Made by a program: the position numbers and the translations under genes. The notes under the pieces were generated by a model. The model was given only the letters and a program-made list of their open reading frames with translations, made no database searches and was not told the origin of the DNA. 64,000 bases of DNA, from positions 64,001 to 128,000 of the forward strand of contig CAXXKT010000003.1 of assembly GCA_963662405.2 (NCBI GenBank), given 5' to 3'. The DNA comes from Syntrophales bacterium (GTDB lineage: Bacteria > Desulfobacterota > Syntrophia > Syntrophales > UBA2210). Below are positions 10,172 to 20,291 of this stretch, piece by piece; position 1 is the first letter of the stretch; every line of letters begins with the position of its first letter.

Positions 10172-11353
10172 TCAAGTTTTTTCTCCGAGGCCTTGAGTTT
10201 CTACATGATCGGTGCTCACAGGGGTTGCGGCCTTCCAATGTGCGATCAGAAGAATAATCGACGACAGGGCCAACAGGGCCGACAGCAGAAGGAACACCGA
10301 ACTCATGGACCCGTGTATCATCCGTTTGTAGCAATCGAGCAGCAATGGGGAGACGAACTGACCCAGAAAAACACTGCTCATGACAACCGTCATGGCCGAC
10401 ACGTTTCTGCCGGCGGGAAGGTTGCTTACCGCACGGTTTATAATCAAGGGAAAGGCCCATCCTGTTCCGATTCCCGCGGCGGTTATTGACAGAACAAGGG
10501 ATGCTGCTCCCGTGGCGACGGCCAATCCGCCGTACCCGACGGCCATGAACGCCAGCATCACGGCGGGCAGCCATTTGTGCATGATTTTGTCTGCCGATGC
10601 CAGTGAGACTCCGCTGACAAACATGCAAAGGGTGTTAAAGGCGAAGAGCAGTCCCGTCAGACGTGAATCGCCGATACCCCGGCTCTCCACCAGCAGGGAA
10701 AGGTTGGTAACAATGGCAAAGAAAGCGACCATGATAAGAAATCCCACCGTTGCATAACCGTACACCGATGCCGGCAATCCGGGACTCTTGATCTGTTTCT
10801 CCGTTTCCGGGGGAAGATCTTTCAGAAAGATGATTGCCAGTATAAGTACCGGCAGTGCAATGAGATAAACACTGAACATATACCGCCAGCATATCATTAC
10901 CAGGAAGCCGGCTCCGATATTCCCCAGGATTGCACCGAGATTATTGGCGGCGGAGGCCAATCCCATCATGCGTGTCCGTTCCTGCCCCGAGTAGCAGTCC
11001 CCGATAAGGCCCGTCGCCAGGGGGATAATGATTCCCGCCCCGATGCCCAGCAAGATCCTGAATGCGAGCAGGGTTGTCACCGTACCGGTGAATCCCGCTC
11101 CCGCCCCGCCGATAATGTATATAATAAGACCGATGATCAGCATTTTCCTTTTGGATACCTGCAGCCGGGCGATCATCATTCCCGTAATGACGATGACCGG
11201 CACGGCAACCAACGGCGGAAGGGTGACCATCATTTTAATCTGCGTCTCGCCTGCGGCGGGGAAAACCTTGAAAATCTCAGCCAGGCCCGGCGCTACGGCG
11301 GCTCCGGCCATGACGGTCAACAATGAAACCGAAAGCAGTGACAACCGGAACAT
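10172..11353 (-). CDS. MFS transporter
   Basis: About 12 TM helices; FRILLGIGAG and LIGDCYSGQERTRMMG motifs. Confidence 0.9.
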   Translation of the reverse strand: MFRLSLLSVSLLTVMAGAAVAPGLAEIFKVFPAAGETQIKMMVTLPPLVAVPVIVITGMMIARLQVSKRKMLIIGLIIYIIGGAGAGFTGTVTTLLAFRILLGIGAGIIIPLATGLIGDCYSGQERTRMMGLASAANNLGAILGNIGAGFLVMICWRYMFSVYLIALPVLILAIIFLKDLPPETEKQIKSPGLPASVYGYATVGFLIMVAFFAIVTNLSLLVESRGIGDSRLTGLLFAFNTLCMFVSGVSLASADKIMHKWLPAVMLAFMAVGYGGLAVATGAASLVLSITAAGIGTGWAFPLIINRAVSNLPAGRNVSAMTVVMSSVFLGQFVSPLLLDCYKRMIHGSMSSVFLLLSALLALSSIILLIAHWKAATPVSTDHVETQGLGEKT

Positions 11354-11382
11354 TTCATTTCTCCTTACGAGAGGGATTTTGT

Positions 11383-11397
11383 GTATAGCAACTATAC
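11383..11397. promoter_or_regulatory. Palindrome GTATAGCAACTATAC (putative operator of the MFS-marR unit)
   Basis: 6-3-6 inverted repeat just downstream of a minus-strand TTGACA-17-TATTCA promoter. Confidence 0.55.
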
Positions 11398-11633
11398 ATA
11401 AATTGCTGAATACCCTCTCTCGAAGGCTTTGTCAAGAACAATTATTTTCGGTCCTGCTTCCGGGGTGCCGCTCCGCCGGACGTCTTTCGTACGACATAGG
11501 CCCTGGAGCGTCCCGGCAGATTTCCGATGGACGATGACCGAAATTGCAGGCAGTAAATTCGTTTGAAATGAGAGAAATCGAGCAACTTTGCATGATCCGA
11601 TTCGAATACTCTCTTTACGGTTTCCATATCGGG

Positions 11634-12263
11634 TTACCTGTCGTTTGTAAGGCCACAGTCATTTCTTTCCCCGGCCGGCTGCGTACACATGATGTCCAGG
11701 AGACGACCGATGCTGGTATTGTTCTTCCGGGCCAGATCCGCCAGGGATTGATCCGGGGATTGGATGACGATATGGTACCGGGTCAAATGTTCAAGCGATG
11801 TTTCCGGGTTCCATCCCATATACCTGGCGATCTGGGTCGCAGGATAGTCCGCGGCGGTCCCATAGGGAGGGGCCCCGTATTTTTTCATGGATGCCATGCG
11901 GCAGGCCCGGGCCACGTCCAGAAACTGTCCCATAGGCGGAATCTCATAGTATCCCCCGACGCAGACATAGAGTGTCAGGAGTAAAGAGACGGTCAGGGGC
12001 ACGGCGGAATATTTTGAACGCCGCATTGTCACATAGGCCACCAGAGGCCGCCAGTTCAGACAGGTATGGGCCACCATGGCCAGGCAGAAAAGAAGACCGG
12101 AATTGAGGTGCAGGACGCCCCAGTGGTGGCGGGAAAGGCCGAGGAAGGTCCATGGACAGAAATGACCCACCTGGCCGGCGGGTCCGAAGTAAAGAACCAC
12201 ACTGGTAAGCAGCATGACAAGGCCGGAAAAGGCCAGCGTCAGGGATGAAGTTTTTCTAAACAT
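11634..12263 (-). CDS. DUF4405 domain membrane protein
   Basis: LTSVVLYFGP...W..LGLSRHHWGVLHLNSG...AHTCLNW pattern (cytochrome-b-like His-containing TMs). Confidence 0.75.
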   Translation of the reverse strand: MFRKTSSLTLAFSGLVMLLTSVVLYFGPAGQVGHFCPWTFLGLSRHHWGVLHLNSGLLFCLAMVAHTCLNWRPLVAYVTMRRSKYSAVPLTVSLLLTLYVCVGGYYEIPPMGQFLDVARACRMASMKKYGAPPYGTAADYPATQIARYMGWNPETSLEHLTRYHIVIQSPDQSLADLARKNNTSIGRLLDIMCTQPAGERNDCGLTNDR

Positions 12264-12303
12264 TTTAACACCTTATGATATCGCACGCCGTGGGTGGGGA
12301 GAT

Positions 12304-13320
12304 TCACTTCCGCGCAATATCCATGTCCATGGCACCCATGGGGGTGTCTATGGTGCGGGATCGTACCGATCTGAATCCGCACCGGATCATGGAATCGGCA
12401 ACAAACCCCTGATCCAGTGAAAGATCGATGTCCGTCGTGAGTTGATCCGCAAGATGACCCAGCATGGTGTCGGGTTTGGTGCGTTCGTGGGTCATGCCGT
12501 CCTGAAAGCTGATGAAATAACCGCCCGGCTTGACGGCCCTGTAGATTTTATCTATCAGAAAATCCATATTCCCTTTGGCGAAATTGAGTGTTGCACTGGC
12601 CCATATGAGATCGTAATCGGTTCCGATGTCGTCGGCCATATAATCGCCCGGCGCAACGTCAAGCCGATCTTCCATACCGTATTCACGGATAAATTCTCTG
12701 GCGATTTCCACCACGGCCGGTCTGTCAAAAACGATGCCTTTCATGAAAGGATGAGCGTTCACGGTGTAGAGCGCAAACATCCCGTGTCCGCCACCCAGGT
12801 CAAGCATGCGTTGAAACTCTGAAAACCCGGGGAGTTTCGAAATGATACCTGCCACTTTCAGGCCCATACCGCTCGTAACCCAGGCGGCGCTGGCCCGGGT
12901 GACTTTGGCCCAAAGTTCTTGAGAGGCAAGCTCCGTTTGCGCATCCTCTCCGACCGGGCCCTCTTTTACAAGCCTAGTCATGTTTTTAAGTGAATCTACA
13001 TATCTTTCGTTCATCTGGAGCATTTCACCTATGTAGGTAGGCGAACCCTCTCCAAGAAAAGTTTGCGCAATCGGAAGATTGCGGTACAGCCCGTTTTTCT
13101 TCTCGACAAGATCGATCGTCGCCAGTGCATCCAGAAAACGGCGTGTGTTCTCAGGATGGGTATCCATGTCCCGAGCCGCATCTTCGGCAGAACAAAAGTT
13201 CTCCAGCAGGTTGAATATTTTGAGTTCAATGCCTGTCATCATCAATCTTGCTTTTAGGGAACCGGTAAAAAATTGATACAGTTTTCCATAATTCATCGTC
13301 ATCATAGGTAATTCTTTCAT
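12304..13320 (-). CDS. SAM-dependent O-methyltransferase (family 2, with dimerisation domain)
   Basis: N-terminal IELKIF...RFLDAL...GLYRN, then LDLGGGHG, FDRP and VKPGG. Confidence 0.9.
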   Translation of the reverse strand: MKELPMMTMNYGKLYQFFTGSLKARLMMTGIELKIFNLLENFCSAEDAARDMDTHPENTRRFLDALATIDLVEKKNGLYRNLPIAQTFLGEGSPTYIGEMLQMNERYVDSLKNMTRLVKEGPVGEDAQTELASQELWAKVTRASAAWVTSGMGLKVAGIISKLPGFSEFQRMLDLGGGHGMFALYTVNAHPFMKGIVFDRPAVVEIAREFIREYGMEDRLDVAPGDYMADDIGTDYDLIWASATLNFAKGNMDFLIDKIYRAVKPGGYFISFQDGMTHERTKPDTMLGHLADQLTTDIDLSLDQGFVADSMIRCGFRSVRSRTIDTPMGAMDMDIARK

Positions 13321-13970
13321 TTTCGTTTTCTCCCTTTCAGGCAGATCATGTTTGTTTCCTTCTCGATAAGCCGCGATTCCTCGACGATGAATCCACCGTG
13401 CTCCAACATACGGGTAATGTCATCCGGGGTCATGATCCGGTTTTCCCTCGGCGGCAGGCCGAACATTTTCAGGTACCGGATACCCATGGCAATCCGCGAG
13501 CGAAGCGGCATGCCGGAAGAGGTTGCGTCAACCACGACAAGGGATCCGTTGTCTCTGAGGAGCCGGAGGCACTCCTTCAGTGTGTCCGTCGGGGACCGCA
13601 GGATATGGAGGAGATTACCCAGGAATATGCCGTCAAAACTGCCGTCCGGAAACGAGGTGTGGTAGCAATCTTCAAGCAGGACTCTGACATTGTCCGATGC
13701 ACGAAGCCTCGTTCGTGCCAATTCAACCATTGCGGGAGACCCGTCCGTCGCCGTCAGGGATCCGACTTTCTTCCGTGCAATCAGTGATGAAAAAACGCCG
13801 GTTCCGCACCCCATCTCCAGGATATGATCGGTTTCACTGAACTGACCGGACACCCATTCCCCGGTTTCCCGCTGGGTCTCTTCCTCGATGATGTAACCTA
13901 TGGCAGCATCGTATTGCCGGGCCACCTTGCCCCAGTATTCATACTCTTTCTTGTCGTTTGTTATTTTCAT
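13317..13970 (-). CDS. Class I SAM-dependent methyltransferase
   Basis: ILEMGCGTG, DGSPAMVELA, FPDGSFD. Confidence 0.9.
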   Translation of the reverse strand: MKITNDKKEYEYWGKVARQYDAAIGYIIEEETQRETGEWVSGQFSETDHILEMGCGTGVFSSLIARKKVGSLTATDGSPAMVELARTRLRASDNVRVLLEDCYHTSFPDGSFDGIFLGNLLHILRSPTDTLKECLRLLRDNGSLVVVDATSSGMPLRSRIAMGIRYLKMFGLPPRENRIMTPDDITRMLEHGGFIVEESRLIEKETNMICLKGRKRK

Positions 13971-14073
13971 CACCTTTCTGCTAAGCACCTACACAGCAAT
14001 CTCAAAGAGACAGCAGAATCACCCTTTCAGTTTTCGGGACTGTTTCAACAATTATTATATAAATTCAAACACA

Positions 14074-14718
14074 TTAGGACCTAAGCGCTTTTTCTCCATA
14101 ACAGACCTGCAGCAGACCCCTGGCTGACTTGACGTGTATGCCTGAAAATCCGGCTGATCTGAACATGGATGTCATCTCTGTATTGGAATAGGTCTTCAGT
14201 TGAAAGAGCCAGCCAAAGATGATTTTTCCGAGAAGGCTGTTGTCCAAAGTTACCATGGAAAACCTCCCGCCCGGTTTTAACACCCTCCATACCTCGGCAA
14301 GCATGGTCTCGGGGGTCTCAACAAAAAAGAACATGTTCGCGCTGGCACACGCCGTGAATTTTTCGTTCTCCCACGGGAGTTGCTCCGCCTTTCCCTGAAC
14401 GATCTCTAATGTGCCCTCTTCGACATAACGCCGATTGTTCTTTACGGAGAGTTCAACCATGGCGTTGCTGTGGTCAACAGCCGCTCCCGTTTTCACCTTC
14501 GGCATGACCATGCCTAAAAGCCTTCCGCCACCGCACCCTATTTCGCAATAGGCATCCTCTCCATTTAAACAAAGAGTCTCCATGATTTTTTTAAAAGAGA
14601 GGTAGTGCCCTGTGGGATTGGCGTATTTTTTTACCGCCCACCTCCCCTCGGGCCTGCGCGCCGTTTTATCGATAAATCGCTTCCATATTCCAGTAGTTGT
14701 CATGTTACTATCCTTCAC
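14074..14718 (-). CDS. Class I SAM-dependent methyltransferase
   Basis: EIGCGGG, DHSNAMV, RVLKPGG. True start may be ATG at 14703. Confidence 0.9.
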   Translation of the reverse strand: MKDSNMTTTGIWKRFIDKTARRPEGRWAVKKYANPTGHYLSFKKIMETLCLNGEDAYCEIGCGGGRLLGMVMPKVKTGAAVDHSNAMVELSVKNNRRYVEEGTLEIVQGKAEQLPWENEKFTACASANMFFFVETPETMLAEVWRVLKPGGRFSMVTLDNSLLGKIIFGWLFQLKTYSNTEMTSMFRSAGFSGIHVKSARGLLQVCYGEKALRS

Positions 14719-15427
14719 TATCGTATTGTGCGGCGCATGTGGACCTCATGCGAGCCACCCGTTCGTTTACCTTCTTGATCATGAGCCGGTAGAACAAAAG
14801 TTTCAGGGGGCCTGGCCTGTTTTTATATCTGTCGGTCCGGTAATAGTCCGCAGGCTCGTCCCAGACGCCATGATCTGCCACAACCGCACCCATCTGCACG
14901 AATTTTTTCTCTTCAATACTGAAGTCGACGCTCGGTTCCCCGTCGGCGCGGGAGATGGAATATCCTGAGTCCCATCTCTTTTCCTCCAGGGCTTTTCTGC
15001 CGGTCCGGTAGAAGGCGATATCATTGATGAACGAATCGATCCTTCTCCACCGTCCGTCGATTTCGATCTCGACCCAGCTGTGCGATATGAGTGGGGGCAT
15101 CAAGGCGTACCCGATCCCGGTAAAAAGCCCCCGCTGTATCTCTTTCTTGATGAGGGAAAAGTGCATGCGGGCGGGAAGGCCCGCGGCCCTGCACAAGGCG
15201 ACCAGCAGTGCACCCTTGGTGTTGCACTGGCCCATTCCGAGCCGGATGGTATCGGATGCCTTCACCAGATCGCCGTCCTCAGGGAAGCCGAAAAGGATCG
15301 TGTCACGAACGTAGAAGAAGAGACTTTCCAGTTTTTTACAGGCCGATGTCTCGTATCCGGTCAGTCGCCCGGCCGTTTCACGGACTAGGGGATGATCGGC
15401 ATCGGCCAAAGATACAATTACTTTCAT
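14708..15427 (-). CDS. Transglutaminase-like protein
   Basis: Cys-His-Asp triad: GQCNTKGALLVALCRAAGLPAR, HSWVE, WRRID. Confidence 0.85.
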   Translation of the reverse strand: MKVIVSLADADHPLVRETAGRLTGYETSACKKLESLFFYVRDTILFGFPEDGDLVKASDTIRLGMGQCNTKGALLVALCRAAGLPARMHFSLIKKEIQRGLFTGIGYALMPPLISHSWVEIEIDGRWRRIDSFINDIAFYRTGRKALEEKRWDSGYSISRADGEPSVDFSIEEKKFVQMGAVVADHGVWDEPADYYRTDRYKNRPGPLKLLFYRLMIKKVNERVARMRSTCAAQYDSEG

Positions 15428-15628
15428 CGATTATCTCTCCCTTATACACAACTCTCTATACATTCCATATACGGTTCCACAAGATTTTTCGTCCCTTCCT
15501 GGTCACCGGTATAATCAACAGGAGTCGGTCCCCCGCACAGTGCCGGGAGGATCGTCTCCTGTTGAGAAAATATCCTCTCTCTCTTTCTGTGACAAACCCT
15601 TAACACGAGAATTGTCGCATCATAGGGT

Positions 15629-16651
15629 TTACGGTGCCAGCGCCGCCGCCCACTTCTTCAGGAAAACCGGATATTCCAGTACGCTGGAGTCGACATAGCG
15701 GGGTAATGCATAGACGGCCAGGTTCCGAATGGCCTTGACTTTTGCCATTTCCGGATGGGCAGCCCGGTAGTCGGCCATTGCCTTCTGGACCGCGAATGTA
15801 TCGCCGGTCATGACGATCGCGTCGGGATCGGCCGCAATCAGCGGTTTCAGGGATAAAATCCCCTTTTTCTTGGGCACCATGTAATGGCCTTTGGTGGGTT
15901 TGCCGTCGTCCGGTTTGAAGGCGTCGCCCGCATTGATGCACCCCAGTTTTGAAAGCAGGAACCGGTCCGCATACCCGCCGGGGGCCTCGACCCGCAGCAT
16001 CGATTTCCCGGTGGTTGCCTGGTAGATCCCGTTGAAAATGATCACCCGTTTCCCCGTCTTTTCCTTCGGCAATTTCGATTGAGCCGAAGCAAGCTGCTTG
16101 CGGTATCTTTCGATTACTGCTGCGGCCTTATCAGTACGGTCCAGCATCTCGGCGGTTTGGCGTACCGCCTCCTCGAGCCCTTTTGAAAAATCGACGTACT
16201 CAATCGTGACATCCGTGTCACTCATGAGGGGAACGACATTTTCGGGTTTGACCTTCGGCTTATAAATACAGTAGGGATCGCTTTTCTCTATAATCAGCCT
16301 CTTGACACCGAATTTCCTGCATGCCGTGGGAACGGTTTCTTTCTTCACCACAATACAGCGGGGACATCCCAGCATCTGACTTGTCACTTTCAGCTTCTTG
16401 GCCATGGGCCACATACAGCCGCGTACCGACATGGCTTCGGGCAGGACGCCCAGGTTGTAGGCGATATCAACCACCCGATCTCCGATGATGATGACCTTCA
16501 CTTTTTCGGGGGGGGGCGCCTTCATCGACGCCTCGACCCCTCCGGCTTGAAAGAGTGAGACAACTATGAAAAAAACAGCCAGGGCCGTTACAACCGCCCG
16601 CTGAACGTTGGTTGCATGTAATTTCTCTTTGTACTTCATGGTTTCCTCCAT
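15629..16651 (-). CDS. Periplasmic substrate-binding protein (Fe-complex/cobalamin class), Cys-rich, with no adjacent permease or ATPase
   Basis: Signal/TM segment, two-lobe layout, LIAADPDAIV and VKAIRNLAVYALP. Confidence 0.7.
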   Translation of the reverse strand: MEETMKYKEKLHATNVQRAVVTALAVFFIVVSLFQAGGVEASMKAPPPEKVKVIIIGDRVVDIAYNLGVLPEAMSVRGCMWPMAKKLKVTSQMLGCPRCIVVKKETVPTACRKFGVKRLIIEKSDPYCIYKPKVKPENVVPLMSDTDVTIEYVDFSKGLEEAVRQTAEMLDRTDKAAAVIERYRKQLASAQSKLPKEKTGKRVIIFNGIYQATTGKSMLRVEAPGGYADRFLLSKLGCINAGDAFKPDDGKPTKGHYMVPKKKGILSLKPLIAADPDAIVMTGDTFAVQKAMADYRAAHPEMAKVKAIRNLAVYALPRYVDSSVLEYPVFLKKWAAALAP

Positions 16652-16665
16652 TGTCTGTCGGTTTG

Positions 16666-17652
16666 TCAGAATTTCATCGCCAGCTTGGCCACGATACGAT
16701 AATCTTCGGACAGCTGGGTCCCGTTTAGGTCGCGGTAGACCGGTATGGGGGTACAGAGACCGACGTGGATCCCCTTCTTCAGTTTAAAATGCACCCCCGG
16801 CGTCAGATAAACGACGTGCCCTCCCGTGTCGTCCTGCGTTTCCCCGGCTAATGTTCCCTTTTCCTTGATCTCCCCGTTACATTCGAGCTGCAGGTCGAGC
16901 AGTTTGGAAACGGCATAGGCGTAACCGACGTTGTATTTGAACACGTCGGGTTTTTCACAGTCCATTTCCCCCACTTCACCTTCGGTCGTCATCTGATACA
17001 TGAGGTGACTCGAAAACCAGTGACGCCCCATAACCTTATGGGCCCCCAGTTCCACAACGGGGTCCCAGGAGCCGGAACCGGTCTGCAGAAAACCGGGGGT
17101 ATTGCCGGACGTGTCCTCCTCATCCGTGCAGCCGGTGGGGAATTTCACGCCTGCGCCGATGGCCAGGTTACACGGGTCCTTTGCCTTCTGAGACCAGATC
17201 CGGTATCGACTGATGAGCCTGATATCACCGATGCCCGAGTGGTCGTCCGAGAAATTTTTATTCCAGGATTGCCGGTGCATCCCCTTGTCGAGAAAGGGAA
17301 CGATCAGCTTGGCATCGATGCGGTCGGTGATTCCGGCGCGCAGCGTCATCTGGAGCTGGCGCAGGGATTTCTCGTCGCACTGCTTCCCCGGTTTTTGGCC
17401 TTTGACGGGCCGTGTAAAATCGACTTTGTCATTGCCGTCGTACAACTGGTCCTGATCGTAAAAAATGGATTTGAATATGATGCCGTATTGCCCTTTCTGA
17501 TACACGCCGCCGTTACTGGAGTTGACCACGCCAACGGGTCGGGGTCCTTTGGCGGTCTTTGTCTTCTCACCCGCTCCCGCCGGAACGGCGAGCAGGACGA
17601 CCAGACCTGCCAGCAATAAACACTTCAGTTTCTTTCGTCTCCGTACGTTCAT
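16666..17652 (-). CDS. Outer-membrane channel (MetA-pathway/phenol-degradation 'transporter' family)
   Basis: SGIGDIRL, GVKFPTG, LQTGSGSWD, LTPG and terminal F. Confidence 0.75.
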   Translation of the reverse strand: MNVRRRKKLKCLLLAGLVVLLAVPAGAGEKTKTAKGPRPVGVVNSSNGGVYQKGQYGIIFKSIFYDQDQLYDGNDKVDFTRPVKGQKPGKQCDEKSLRQLQMTLRAGITDRIDAKLIVPFLDKGMHRQSWNKNFSDDHSGIGDIRLISRYRIWSQKAKDPCNLAIGAGVKFPTGCTDEEDTSGNTPGFLQTGSGSWDPVVELGAHKVMGRHWFSSHLMYQMTTEGEVGEMDCEKPDVFKYNVGYAYAVSKLLDLQLECNGEIKEKGTLAGETQDDTGGHVVYLTPGVHFKLKKGIHVGLCTPIPVYRDLNGTQLSEDYRIVAKLAMKF

Positions 17653-17910
17653 GGATCATCTGCTCTGCATTTCACTCCTTCTCCTTCAATATTATAATTA
17701 ATCAATGCAGCGGGCCTTGCGTGATGACAAAACCCGTTGCGCCTTCACTTGTCTCCGTGTGTTTCGGAACCTGTACGCTGTGGTCGCCTCTTTGAATTCT
17801 CATGAGGGGTTCTGTGTTGTACGGCGGGCGCTCCCGGCACACATGTGCCGCCACAATGTCTGGATCCCAATAGGACGTCTCAACGTCCGTCACGAGATCT
17901 TCAGTGATCG

Positions 17911-18312
17911 CTAATCAACCTGTGACGTAATGTGACGGAGATTTCCTTTTATGTAGAGCGCGACCGCTTCATCAATATTCTTGATATCGGTCGCGATGGC
18001 CCTGATGCCGGAGAGGGTAAAGTGATCGTATGCCCCGGTCCCGATCCTGTTCACGATGAGGGTCTTACAGTCTTTGAATACATCGAGTATCGTCATATGT
18101 CTCTTTACGGCTTCGGCGCCGTATCCATGTCTGCCCCTCTCATCCGTCTGGGGGTGCGACTCATCACCCGCAAATTGACCGTGCCCGGGTTTTTCCCTGA
18201 CCTCCCGGTCGGTGATCTGCCCGTTCATCACGGTCGCCACGAGGATGTACGCGTTTCCACCGAAGTGCTCCGCGATTTGCGTCTTGTCGTCGGTTGCAAC
18301 TGCAATTTTCAT
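17911..18312 (-). CDS. NifB/NifX-family FeMo-cofactor/metallocluster-binding protein
   Basis: MKIAVATDD...AEHFG...DCKTLIVNRIGTGA, with a His-rich loop. Confidence 0.85.
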   Translation of the reverse strand: MKIAVATDDKTQIAEHFGGNAYILVATVMNGQITDREVREKPGHGQFAGDESHPQTDERGRHGYGAEAVKRHMTILDVFKDCKTLIVNRIGTGAYDHFTLSGIRAIATDIKNIDEAVALYIKGNLRHITSQVD

Positions 18313-18482
18313 CTTTGATTGTCTCCCTTTCTTTGAGTAGTTTTATCGTGTTCCGTGGGGGGACTGGTTTCTCCCTCCATGCGCTCATCACCATTCTTTG
18401 GATGCGGGGCTTCCCCGTACACGGGGGTAGCCGCTGCTCTGAAAAAACAATTGTTCTTCCTCTCTTTTTTTGTTTTGGCTGT

Positions 18483-18521
18483 GGCATGTTCAGAGGGGGG
18501 GTACATGCCTCTGAACATGCC
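18483..18521. repeat. 14-bp perfect inverted repeat (GGCATGTTCAGAGG/CCTCTGAACATGCC) within a cluster of hairpins
   Basis: Read directly from the sequence. Further hairpins near 18353-18383, 18404-18434 and 18566-18610. Confidence 0.75.
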
Positions 18522-18672
18522 GGACCGGAATCATACACATGATCCCAACCATACAGCCGGATTAAGAAGAGGACGGGCTCTCGAGGATATCCGCGAGAGG
18601 ACCTCTTTCTGGGACCGATCAGCATGTCGCAGGCCAGCCATCATTATTCGCATAGCTCGGTCGCACCCTCCG

Positions 18673-20211
18673 TCATCGTCTTTTGAAGAGCCCTTTCCGG
18701 TACAAATAGTCGTAGGTTCCGGACAGGGTTGCCAGTAAGAGCACGAGTCCTCCTATCTGGACGATCCACCAGTAATGGTGAACGAATCCTCGAAACAGCT
18801 TGCCGTTGTGCACCCTCAGCAGAAAGCCCCAGAGACTGACACGGCCGTTTCGGGCAACCTTTGCCGGCATGGAAACGACACCGGTGTTTATCCCTTCGAA
18901 AGGAACAATTCCCTGCCGGTAGCCGACCCAGAAAACAGGCGTTTCATTCCGTACGGCCGCGGCGGTAATACGATTGTTCCTGTGATTTCCGATCGGATCC
19001 GTTATGACATTGCTGCTGCGGTCCCACGTGTAGAGACCTTCCGCGAAGGACCCGATAAGCAATTGTTTCTTTTTCAACCGTTTCAGGACAGTGACGTACT
19101 GGATCGGCACTGCTGCGGGGACTTGTTCGAACATCCCCGGGCCTTCGGCCGGTCCTTCGAAGAACCCGTTTAGGGTCGTCAGCAGGAGCCTGTTGTCTTC
19201 CGGCAGATAGACCGCCTTGAAGAGTGATTCATGCCATGGATCGGCCCAGGGGAAGGCGGTTAAAAGAGATGCCGGAATCGAATATCCCCTGAGAGCGGAG
19301 GAGACGGGTTTCCAGATGAGCATGCCGGTAAGGGTTATGACGATAATAAAGCAGGCACTGTATATGCCGACCTTCACGTGGTGTGTGTAAAGGCATTTGA
19401 GATACCTGCTTTTCCCCTGGGGTGAGGATTTTACGCGTCTCCTCGGCGCATACCACAGATAAAGGCCCGAAAGGGACAGGAAGATGACGGCACCGCCGAT
19501 GAGGTCGACGAAGAGTCGCCCCGGCAGGCCAAGGAGCGAACCGCTGTGGAGTTGCAAAAGAAAACGGAAGAGAGACATTCGATACTTCTGCGGTGACGGA
19601 AGCGCGAGATCGTGCGGTCGGAAGACCGGGTGCGGTAAAGCTGCCGCTGCCGTATAACAGCCCGATGGGGTAAAGGCGAAGATCCGGTTCCCTACACGGA
19701 CCAGATCGACGACATGTTCATTCCGCAATTCCCTCCCTTGTGCCCGATGCCACACGGGGTCATCCAGGTCGCAGAAATACAGACCCGACCGCGTCCCGGC
19801 AAAGAGGCGCCGCCCGGTATTGCCCTCGGAGAGAAGGAGACAGTGGGTATCGAAGTAATATGCCTGATCGGGGAACCCGTCCGTCAAGGCAGTAAAATGT
19901 CTTCCCCCGTCGGAACTCATCCACACCCCTTCCTTACCGCCCACATAGACCGTTGCCGGTTCCACCGCGGAGAAGACCACATCACGCAGGGCCATCCGAT
20001 TCCAGTTCTCATAGGTATATCGCTGCGGGAACAGGTGTACCGGAAGCGAGACACGGCCGATCAGTGCCGGGTGGTTCAACAGAACGCCGCTTACCCCCAT
20101 GATCAGACCGTAGAGCAGGATCACAAGCCCTGCGTACCGGTGAACACGGCGCGAACAGCGGAATATGTATTTTCCCCATGACATAAAACCCGTACCTCTG
20201 TACCGCATCAT
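18673..20211 (-). CDS. PepSY-associated TM-helix protein (iron-regulated membrane reductase-like)
   Basis: RRVHRYAG...SGVLLNH, LQLHSG...SGLYLW, HVKVG and LRVHNG TM-His motifs. Confidence 0.85.
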   Translation of the reverse strand: MMRYRGTGFMSWGKYIFRCSRRVHRYAGLVILLYGLIMGVSGVLLNHPALIGRVSLPVHLFPQRYTYENWNRMALRDVVFSAVEPATVYVGGKEGVWMSSDGGRHFTALTDGFPDQAYYFDTHCLLLSEGNTGRRLFAGTRSGLYFCDLDDPVWHRAQGRELRNEHVVDLVRVGNRIFAFTPSGCYTAAAALPHPVFRPHDLALPSPQKYRMSLFRFLLQLHSGSLLGLPGRLFVDLIGGAVIFLSLSGLYLWYAPRRRVKSSPQGKSRYLKCLYTHHVKVGIYSACFIIVITLTGMLIWKPVSSALRGYSIPASLLTAFPWADPWHESLFKAVYLPEDNRLLLTTLNGFFEGPAEGPGMFEQVPAAVPIQYVTVLKRLKKKQLLIGSFAEGLYTWDRSSNVITDPIGNHRNNRITAAAVRNETPVFWVGYRQGIVPFEGINTGVVSMPAKVARNGRVSLWGFLLRVHNGKLFRGFVHHYWWIVQIGGLVLLLATLSGTYDYLYRKGLFKRR

Positions 20212-20291
20212 TTCTTTCCGCTATTCCTGCCGGAAATCTCCACGATGCTTTCGCCTCCGGCGATCAGCGGGCGAACCGTTGGTGTATGTCG

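Noticed and set aside
17702..17893. 63-aa minus-strand ORF
   Set aside because: GTG start without a clear RBS and no motifs; unsupported.
17911..18312. Nitrogen fixation cluster
   Set aside because: Only a stand-alone NifB/NifX-like domain; no nifHDK.
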